DNA of 33,119 bases. Source: Prolixibacteraceae bacterium. GTDB taxonomy: Bacteria; Bacteroidota; Bacteroidia; Bacteroidales; Prolixibacteraceae. The stretch's first letter is position 1, and every line of letters begins with the position of its first letter. Shown here in pieces: positions 27,040-33,119 of this stretch. The stretch is taken from NCBI GenBank assembly GCA_003450125.1, contig DMFR01000329.1:36128-69246 (forward strand), written 5' to 3'. The position numbers and the translations under genes are program-made. Below the pieces are notes generated by a model. That model had not been told where the DNA came from. It saw only the letters and a list, made by a program, of their open reading frames with translations, and searched no databases.

Positions 27040-27240
27040 GGGCGCCCCGCCCTGCAGTCGCGCTTGTTTAACGTAGGGGTGCGCGGGCGCGGATATATGG
27101 TAGGGGTGTGCGCGGGATTTCTTGTCGCGTGCGATTCTTTATCGCGTGCGATTCTTTGTCGCGTGTGAATTCTATTGCGTGTGCGAATAGAACCGCACGC
27201 CCGTCCTGAGCGATCGCGGTTTAGTGTAGGCGCGTGCGAT
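27040..27240. repeat. GC-rich non-coding segment with 17-bp tandem repeats (GATTCTTTRTCGCGTGC) and GTAGGGGTG duplicates
   Basis: About four degenerate units at 27116-27186; GTAGGGGTG at 27073 and 27100. Confidence 0.7.
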
Positions 27241-27250
27241 ATTGGGCTGG

Positions 27251-27404
27251 GTGCTGAGTGCTGAGTGCTGGGTGCTGAGTGCTGAGTGCTGGGTGCTGAG
27301 TGCTGAGTGCTGAGTGCTGGGTGCTGAGTGCTGGGTGCTGGGTGCTGGGTGCTGAGTGCTGAGTGCTGGGTGCTGGGTGCTGGGTGCTGAGTGCTGGGTG
27401 CTGG
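27251..27404. repeat. Heptamer tandem array, 22 x GTGCTG(A/G)
   Basis: Counted directly from the sequence. Confidence 0.95.
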
Positions 27405-27709
27405 GTTACCAGGGTTTCGCGCACGCGCATTAGATTCGCGCACGCCTGGTGCTTATCGCGCATCATGTTCGTATTGCAGTATCAATTTTGCCTTCATAAT
27501 TTATTGTTAAATATTCATTTTTTCTTTTTTGGCCTAATTTCACGCGTTTTAGAGCTCTTTTTTAGCTTTGTTATTATGTTTATTTGCCTGTTTTTAGCCT
27601 ATTTTTAGCCTTTTTTTACTTTTATTTCATTTTTTTGCCTTCATAACTTACTTATATTCATTCAGTTGAAATTTATTTTCATTTTTATTTCTTTTTTTTC
27701 TTGTTTTAC

Positions 27710-27740
27710 TTGTTTTGCGTGTTTCCGTGCCCTATATTTG
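27710..27740 (+). promoter_or_regulatory. Bacteroidota sigmaA-type promoter of the plus-strand operon (TTG-N20-TATATTTG)
   Basis: Perfect -7 box at 27733-27740 and TTG at 27710-27712, preceded by long T tracts. Confidence 0.75.
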
Positions 27741-27812
27741 CAACCATCAAACAACAACAACACCGGCACAGTGCACCACCGGAAACGGGCACAAACTTTA
27801 AAACCCTATACA

Positions 27813-28187
27813 ATGGAAACTTTAAATTCAACATCTGCAAACGTTCAAACCAAAAAATTAAGCGTTACACTTTCGCAAACTATTGGCGCTACAGTATCAA
27901 ATGAAACCTTTACAGTTAACGTGCTATCCGATAGCCAAACTTTTTCCTCTCGCAAATTTCGCTCTTTATTCCAACATGCTGCTAATAAAGTGCTTCAGTT
28001 AGATGGAAAACTTCTATCTATCTCTAAAGGCCGCCGGTTTAAAATGTCCATTGAATTCGAGGGCCTTGAGATCAGCAAATTTGAAACATTCTACAATTCC
28101 AATGAAAAAACCGTTGCAAAATTCAATACTAACCTGAAAAACCGCCTTGAGGCTTCCATTATGGACATTAAGGACCTTTTAGACTAA
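27813..28187 (+). CDS. Hypothetical protein (124 aa; start reassigned to ATG at 27813)
   Basis: ATG downstream of the promoter with a typical A-rich leader; the longer ORF overlaps the promoter. Confidence 0.7.
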   Translation: METLNSTSANVQTKKLSVTLSQTIGATVSNETFTVNVLSDSQTFSSRKFRSLFQHAANKVLQLDGKLLSISKGRRFKMSIEFEGLEISKFETFYNSNEKTVAKFNTNLKNRLEASIMDIKDLLD

Positions 28188-28190
28188 AAC

Positions 28191-28250
28191 GCAAACGAAA
28201 CGCCGCGAGGCGTCGCATGGGAGTGGCTACCCATACCTGAAGAGTGCCAG
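28191..28250 (+). ncRNA. Hammerhead ribozyme, type II
   Basis: GAAA at 28197-28200; stem III CGCC-GCGA-GGCG; GUC site (C28214); stem I GCATGGG/CCCATAC with one mismatch; CUGAAGA at 28237-28243; short stem II; loop-I TGGC pairs with 3' GCCA (pseudoknot). Confidence 0.88.
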
Positions 28251-28318
28251 CGATGAAATTTTAGATACGTGATTCTGTCCGGTCTATACGCAACCACAAC
28301 CAGCTTGCCAACAATACC

Positions 28319-28384
28319 AATGCAACCCGATCACACGGGCAATTGTGAATGAATGCAACCCAGCGGTACATGGGCAACTGTGCC
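28319..28384 (+). ncRNA. Two tandem H-type pseudoknot motifs
   Basis: AATGCAA-S1-L1-S2-S1'-CAAY-S2' occurs twice, with compensatory changes in both stems. Confidence 0.6.
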
Positions 28385-28509
28385 ATCGTTCTTACGGCTT
28401 TCGGGCCCTATCTCCTTCTCACCAATCTCCGAGAATTATTGATCCGTAAATCCGAGCCCTATTTGGGCCGGTATGATTGTGATCCGTGCGGCGTTCCCGC
28501 GGCCAATCA

Positions 28510-28521
28510 TGCTCTTTGACA
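28510..28521 (+). promoter_or_regulatory. boxA-like antitermination site TGCTCTTTGACA
   Basis: One mismatch to the rrn boxA consensus TGCTCTTTAACA; directly follows a hairpin (28471-28512). Confidence 0.6.
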
Positions 28522-28577
28522 TTCTGAAATAACTTTAACCTGAACATGGGCCCTGACCTGCGATGAAACCATTCTTT

Positions 28578-28810
28578 GAGATGGATAGCGGCAAGGGGTA
28601 TGTCAACAGGAAAAGCAATGGGGATAAGATCCCGTTGTAAGCATGGGCCGGAAGGCGCCAAAGTTACCATGCCCAAAGGCTATCCGTACTGCCAGCCGGA
28701 AATACTTTGTTCAAATACCCTTAACTCGCTTCAGGGAATAGTAAAGAAAGCGATACAAAGGAAGGTGCGCGGCTAGGCCGAAAGCCTGGGTTCGACTCCC
28801 AGCCATCTAC
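28578..28810 (+). ncRNA. Putative large tRNA-like structured RNA (~233 nt)
   Basis: Canonical T-arm CTGGG-TTCGACT-CCCAG; closing stem AGATGG/CCATCT; at least six internal helices and one long-range pseudoknot. Confidence 0.6.
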
Positions 28811-28865
28811 AAACGATTCCGGTTAGTCAAATCCGGTCATTTATTAATCATTAAAACCCATTCTA

Positions 28866-28985
28866 ATGCGTAAAAGATTAAAGTCAAAGCCTACCTGTGA
28901 GGCTAGTAGTTCAAAGATCAACCGGCCGGTCCAAGTATCTGCCCATGTTTGCAACCATCAACCCAAAAGCCTTAAAACCTGCTAG
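28866..28985 (+). CDS. Possible small protein (39 aa, MRKRLKSKPT...)
   Basis: ATG with an A-rich leader 29 nt after a CCGG hairpin; the stop abuts the next ATG. Confidence 0.4.
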   Translation: MRKRLKSKPTCEASSSKINRPVQVSAHVCNHQPKSLKTC

Positions 28986-28986
28986 T

Positions 28987-29130
28987 ATGACAACGGTAAA
29001 AGCCCTAATTGTTATCAGCTGTTTCCTTTGTGTAGCCTCTGGTATTGCTACATTCGTTGCGTCCTGGCTATTCATATTCCCATTCGTGGGACTATTTCTA
29101 GTCATCTGCAAACTTCAGGAAACCCTTTAA
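28987..29130 (+). CDS. Small two-TM membrane protein (47 aa)
   Basis: MTTVKALIVISCFLCVASGIATFVASWLFIFPFVGLFLVIC; ATG 1 nt after the upstream stop. Confidence 0.55.
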   Translation: MTTVKALIVISCFLCVASGIATFVASWLFIFPFVGLFLVICKLQETL

Positions 29131-29199
29131 TTATCAGTCAAAGCCCTTCCGGTGGCTCTTTAATCCGGTCAAATTATTAACATTCAAAACTCAAAAGTT

Positions 29200-30360
29200 A
29201 TGTCATTAAAAAACGATGTGTTGGCCCTCGCTGGCCAAGGTGGTGAAGCTACCTTCAAACAAACCGGTCTATTGTTCAAGTTAACTGGCCTTAAATGGTG
29301 GGAAGTAGAAAACCTTCCAAAGCCTACAGTTAAACAGGCAACTCCATTGATTAGCGCCATCATGGATTGGCAGAAAGACAAAAGCCTTTTTAACAATGGC
29401 TGGGAAATCGTTGAAACGATTCAACTTTGGTTCCCTTCATTCAACGATCCTAAAGATATTCATTACCGTGGCGGTGGTAAGAAAAAAGGCGGAAACGGTG
29501 GAGAAACCGAAAGCGAACAACCAGCCGAACAACCAACTCCAGCTCCTACTCCAATACCAGACCCGAAACCAAAGAATGAGCCAAAGGCTCCAAAGCCTAC
29601 ACCGCCTCCAGCTCCAAAGCCTGAACCAAAGCCTGAAACTACACCAACTCCAAAACCAAAGAAACCAGCACCAGCCGCAAAAGATCAATCTATAAATGAT
29701 CTTGTTTTCCGTATCAATGCAGGGATTAAAAACCTTTGGATGGTTGGCCCAGCCGGTTGTGGCAAAACAACTATCTGCGGTATCGTTGGCGATATGCTCG
29801 ACCTGCCCGTTACAATTATCCCTTGTGGAGCTGGTGCCAGCGCTACAACATTCCTGGGGTATAAATACCCTGAACGTGAAAGTACTCCCTTTGTTGGTGC
29901 ATTCACTCAGGAAGGCATTATTGTCCTTGATGAGTTCACAGCCTTAGAACCACAGGTTGCCCAAATCATCAATGGCGCCCTGGCAAACGGTGAATTAACC
30001 GCTACAACCGGAACATTTAAAAGACACGAAAACTGTATTATCATCGGAACATCCAATACCTTTGGCAATGGTGCCGATCGTATGTATGTTTCAAACAATC
30101 AACTCGACTCTTCTACCATCAACCGCTTTGCCGGTGGGATCATCAAAGTAGATTATTCAAAAGAATACGAAAGCCAGTTCGATACTGAAGTTGTAAACTA
30201 TGTTTGGAAATTGCGGGATATCATTACTAAAAATAGCCTCCGCATTGTAGCCAGCACCCGTGAAATTCAAGCCGCTTGCCTTCTGAAAGCAGCCGGTATG
30301 CCAAATTGGAAAGAAACCCTTACTATCACTTGGACCAAAGATGAAAAAGCACTTATTTAA
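29200..30360 (+). CDS. AAA+ ATPase, MoxR/CbbQ/CobS-like (AAA_5), with N-terminal domain and Pro/Lys-rich linker
   Basis: Walker A GPAGCGKT, Walker B IIVLDE, sensor IIGTSNTFG, and LDSSTINRF arginine finger. Confidence 0.9.
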   Translation: MSLKNDVLALAGQGGEATFKQTGLLFKLTGLKWWEVENLPKPTVKQATPLISAIMDWQKDKSLFNNGWEIVETIQLWFPSFNDPKDIHYRGGGKKKGGNGGETESEQPAEQPTPAPTPIPDPKPKNEPKAPKPTPPPAPKPEPKPETTPTPKPKKPAPAAKDQSINDLVFRINAGIKNLWMVGPAGCGKTTICGIVGDMLDLPVTIIPCGAGASATTFLGYKYPERESTPFVGAFTQEGIIVLDEFTALEPQVAQIINGALANGELTATTGTFKRHENCIIIGTSNTFGNGADRMYVSNNQLDSSTINRFAGGIIKVDYSKEYESQFDTEVVNYVWKLRDIITKNSLRIVASTREIQAACLLKAAGMPNWKETLTITWTKDEKALI

Positions 30361-31096
30361 TTCACTCACCGACTTCTATGCCGCCATTGTCAATAAAGTC
30401 AATGCTCCCGACTATCAAAGGTTAGAAGTTTATGATGATCCTGAATGGAAAGGATTAAGCCTTTATGAAATAAAGAAATCAAAGTTTTCCTATCCATTAG
30501 GCATCCAGGAGCTCGCTAAATTCAAAGATATTGAAGTTGAAAAGGCCATGAACGTAAAGTTCTGGAACCAGTTTGATGGCTTTGATATCGATGTGGATCG
30601 TATGTATGAAAATATGGACTTTCTACTCGACACCCGAAAGGTGAAAAAGCTGCCAAAGGCCATCGATATATATGTGAATATTGGCGAACACTGCGGTATA
30701 GAATATAAGGACATGATGTGTAAAACTTATGTAGCGGTTAAAATTATCGACCGCCTCGAAAGCCTTGGCGTTAGGTGTGCCGTTTATGCCTGTTCATCTT
30801 CATACATAAAATTCCATTCAGGCGAATATTCAAAGAAAGCAAACTATGTGGAAGTATGTATTAAAAACCACAACGAAGCCTTAAACATTGGCGCAATATG
30901 CACAGCCATTTCACCATGGATGTTTCGCCAATGGATACTTCTATATATTATGGGAAACTGTAATGGGGTAAGCATTAACGGAATTTCAAGGACCGCTCCC
31001 CTGCCAACCGATCTGAAAGGCATTATCATCAACACCGGATCTTGCCTAACAACTCATTCTGCCAACAACTTTATCCAATCTGTCAAAGTAGCCTAA
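30341..31096 (+). CDS. vWA-like partner of the AAA+ ATPase
   Basis: Overlaps the ATPase stop. GFDIDVDR...IDIYVNIG...IIDRLESLGVRCAVY...MFR pattern resembles CobT/vWA-like phage partners. Confidence 0.62.
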   Translation: MKKHLFNSLTDFYAAIVNKVNAPDYQRLEVYDDPEWKGLSLYEIKKSKFSYPLGIQELAKFKDIEVEKAMNVKFWNQFDGFDIDVDRMYENMDFLLDTRKVKKLPKAIDIYVNIGEHCGIEYKDMMCKTYVAVKIIDRLESLGVRCAVYACSSSYIKFHSGEYSKKANYVEVCIKNHNEALNIGAICTAISPWMFRQWILLYIMGNCNGVSINGISRTAPLPTDLKGIIINTGSCLTTHSANNFIQSVKVA

Positions 31097-31105
31097 CCAG
31101 TGGTG

Positions 31106-31137
31106 GTGCTAAAGGGGTTCGATTCCCCTTTAGGTAC
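31106..31137 (+). other. Hairpin capped by a tRNA T-loop (CTAAAGGGG-TTCGATT-CCCCTTTAG)
   Basis: 9-bp perfect stem with a TTCGATT loop in an intergenic gap. Confidence 0.55.
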
Positions 31138-31195
31138 AATTCCCAAACCGGATGGGATCTGCTCCGGAATTCATTAATCAATACATTCTAATCCA

Positions 31196-31402
31196 ATGAA
31201 AATGTTAATCGCAATCCTTACGGCCAAACCAACAATGACCGAAGTAATCAACGCCCTGCTAATGCCTGTCAATAACAAGCTAAAGGCCATTACCCAACTG
31301 TTCAAAACCCATAGAGAAGTCATTTCTACCACCATCGAAACAATTGTCAGTCTATCGCTGATCATTTTCTGCTTTTTCGCATTCATCTATCTATTCAACT
31401 AA
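31196..31402 (+). CDS. Small protein with a C-terminal TM helix
   Basis: ATG with an A-rich leader; hydrophobic C-terminus. Confidence 0.65.
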   Translation: MKMLIAILTAKPTMTEVINALLMPVNNKLKAITQLFKTHREVISTTIETIVSLSLIIFCFFAFIYLFN

Positions 31403-31404
31403 TT

Positions 31405-31722
31405 ATGAGTAAACGATTCATTTTAATGGCCGATAATCAGATGCAAGGTAACGATAGGCAAATGAATGTCGCAATAATCAAAGCCAAAAACACTAAAGAG
31501 CTGAACGATAAAACTAGAGAAGCACTTACAAACTACTTCCATGTTTATGATTGTACAACTACAATTTCATTTGATCAAATCCAAATGAAAGATTGCACCA
31601 ATCGCAAAACGTTTTATAATGATAGTGAATTTATTCAAATACTTATAAAAGGCCAAACAAAACCATATACCTGGCCTCTATCATTCTCTATCCATGAACT
31701 AAAAGGAATACGAATCTATTAA
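31405..31722 (+). CDS. Hypothetical protein (paralog of 32467..32769)
   Basis: Tightly spaced ORF; shares the motif NxxELxxKxxEALxx(Y/H)F. Confidence 0.65.
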   Translation: MSKRFILMADNQMQGNDRQMNVAIIKAKNTKELNDKTREALTNYFHVYDCTTTISFDQIQMKDCTNRKTFYNDSEFIQILIKGQTKPYTWPLSFSIHELKGIRIY

Positions 31723-31755
31723 AGTCCTTATCTTTTCAACAAAACAATTTACACC

Positions 31756-32208
31756 ATGAAAATCAAAGTATTTGCCCGTGTGGGATGCACTTTCCACCTC
31801 GATTGCGAACCCGAACTAAACGCAATCCTCAAAGCCCTCCAAGCTCAAGTTGAAACAATCCCCTTCGTCGATGGAGAAACTTATATCCCTGAAAGCGAGG
31901 ATATGATTACCGACGAAAACGATAACCCTATTTTTGAAGAGTGGGACCTGGACGAACCAACCATTGAACCATCCTACAAAGCCCCTGCTCCCAAATATTT
32001 TCTCCTTGGAGAAGATCTTTGCAATGCCGCCTTTTCCAACAACGATTGGGACGAATTCATAGAAGAAATAAAATCCTGTGGCATTAAAGTACGCCTCTAT
32101 AAATGGGAATCAAACGACGTTAGCGAACTGCTCTCTGAATTAGATGGATGGAACAAACACGCCTTAATCACCGAAGAACAATACATCCAATTATTAGAAG
32201 AATTTTAA
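31756..32208 (+). CDS. Acidic hypothetical protein
   Basis: 150-aa ORF in the co-oriented operon. Confidence 0.75.
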   Translation: MKIKVFARVGCTFHLDCEPELNAILKALQAQVETIPFVDGETYIPESEDMITDENDNPIFEEWDLDEPTIEPSYKAPAPKYFLLGEDLCNAAFSNNDWDEFIEEIKSCGIKVRLYKWESNDVSELLSELDGWNKHALITEEQYIQLLEEF

Positions 32209-32227
32209 ACTCCTTAAAACCCTTACA

Positions 32228-32428
32228 ATGAAAAAAACAAACAATTACTGTACAGTTAGAAAAGACCAGAGAAAAGAAAACCTGTCAGTACCAATCGGTA
32301 ATTTATACTACGGTGGTAAAGTCAAGTTAAAATATCAGTGGATTAATGAAGATCAGCCTGATGAACAGTTTCAGGTATTTTACTTGAATCAATGGATGAA
32401 TGCCGAATCTGCTGATTTTGATTTTTAA
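32228..32428 (+). CDS. Hypothetical protein
   Basis: 66-aa ORF; its 5' end is repeated at 33080. Confidence 0.7.
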   Translation: MKKTNNYCTVRKDQRKENLSVPIGNLYYGGKVKLKYQWINEDQPDEQFQVFYLNQWMNAESADFDF

Positions 32429-32466
32429 CCTCCTTAAAGTCCTTAACCTCCTTAAATATTTTAATC

Positions 32467-32769
32467 ATGCAAAAGCCAACTTATTTTATCCTTAACGAAG
32501 CCGATGGCGACCGCCGTCACATTGGAACCGTCGTTGCCTCAAATGACGAAGAATTAACCGCAAAAGTCACCGAAGCCCTCGAAGCTCACTTCGATTATGA
32601 AGTGAAAGAAATCAAACCGTTCTCAATGGATGATGTTAGAAATACCCATTCCGGCTCATTTGAATTCGAAGTCCTTGTCAACTCCGAATTATACGACGAT
32701 GACGTAATTATCGGAATAGATGACGACGACCGCCGCCAAATTGAAATCATTGAAACATGGCTCTATTAA
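32467..32769 (+). CDS. Acidic hypothetical protein (paralog of 31405..31722)
   Basis: 100-aa ORF in the co-oriented operon. Confidence 0.72.
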   Translation: MQKPTYFILNEADGDRRHIGTVVASNDEELTAKVTEALEAHFDYEVKEIKPFSMDDVRNTHSGSFEFEVLVNSELYDDDVIIGIDDDDRRQIEIIETWLY

Positions 32770-32805
32770 CATCCTTAAAGTCCTTAACCTTCTTAAAATA
32801 TCAAA

Positions 32806-33051
32806 ATGAAAAAAGACTTTTTCAATATTCAAATTAGATTTATGGAATTTTGCGAACATAATAACATAGATCAAAAAAAATATTTCCTTTCCTATTCAGA
32901 TAAAAGAAACGGACAATTAGCAGCTATTTTCGAACATGGAGAAAGCGGATCTATTTCAATGGCTAGAGGAGGTAGATTTTATTCTTTCCCTGAACTAATC
33001 GCATGGATGGATGGATATACGGCAGCCAAAAAACTGGTTTTATTCGAATAA
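32806..33051 (+). CDS. Hypothetical protein
   Basis: 81-aa ORF in the co-oriented operon. Confidence 0.68.
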   Translation: MKKDFFNIQIRFMEFCEHNNIDQKKYFLSYSDKRNGQLAAIFEHGESGSISMARGGRFYSFPELIAWMDGYTAAKKLVLFE

Positions 33052-33079
33052 AAAAACAATTATAAAAATTCTTATAACA

Positions 33080-33119
33080 ATGAAAAAATCAAACAATTAC
33101 TGTACAGTTAGAAAAGACC
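33080..33119 (+). CDS. 5' fragment of a paralog of 32228..32428 (truncated by the window end)
   Basis: MKKSNNYCTVRKD versus MKKTNNYCTVRKD. Confidence 0.6.
   Translation, partial: MKKSNNYCTVRKD

Larger units (their letters stand above)
1..33119. mobile_element. Part of a Bacteroidota temperate phage, probably a phage-plasmid (plasmid prophage)
   Basis: Tape measure, tail-fibre, holin/endolysin and portal-like genes are contiguous with Rep_3, iterons and ParA. TAnnTTTG promoter boxes and A-rich leaders lacking Shine-Dalgarno sites indicate a Bacteroidota host. No host housekeeping genes are present. Confidence 0.85.

Noticed and set aside
26973..27608. ORFs with STQHPAL/STQHSAP repeats (26973..27443, 27221..27466, 27363..27608)
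   Set aside because: They are open only because the heptamer array lacks stop codons; no credible leaders.
28545..28574. Second hammerhead (CTGA...GAAAC)
   Set aside because: The core reads CTGACCT instead of CUGANGA and the stems do not assemble.
28419..28776. ORFs 28419..28676 (-) and 28576..28776 (+)
   Set aside because: No protein-like features or Bacteroidota-type leaders; the region is better explained by RNA structure.
28578..28810. Canonical tRNA, group I intron-split tRNA, or tmRNA
   Set aside because: No normal D or anticodon arms; I could not find the group I P7 core (GACUA/UAGUC-like); too short for tmRNA and lacks the GGGG..G-U Ala acceptor.

Overview
This window is part of a Bacteroidota tailed-phage genome that appears to be a phage-plasmid. 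The left end holds a plasmid-type replicon: a Rep_3 initiator, seven iterons at a 21-bp period, ParA and a small ParB-like adaptor. Positions 3.5-26.9 kb carry a minus-strand lysis, tail and portal module, interrupted at 18.3-22.4 kb by an accessory block (KilA-N, RHH regulators, a DUF4468-like secreted protein). Five copies of a putative late promoter (TGTCCTTT-N20-TAnnTTTG-like) lie in this module. After a repeat-rich non-coding switch region (26.9-27.7 kb), a plus-strand early-type operon encodes an AAA+ ATPase, its vWA-like partner and small proteins. The most striking signal is a ~620-nt non-coding stretch (28190-28810). It contains a type II hammerhead ribozyme, two tandem covarying H-type pseudoknots, a boxA-like site and a ~233-nt RNA that folds like an expanded tRNA cloverleaf with a long-range pseudoknot. 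No terminase, major capsid, integrase or reverse transcriptase is recognisable in the window. Protein family calls come from motif recognition by eye, not database searches.
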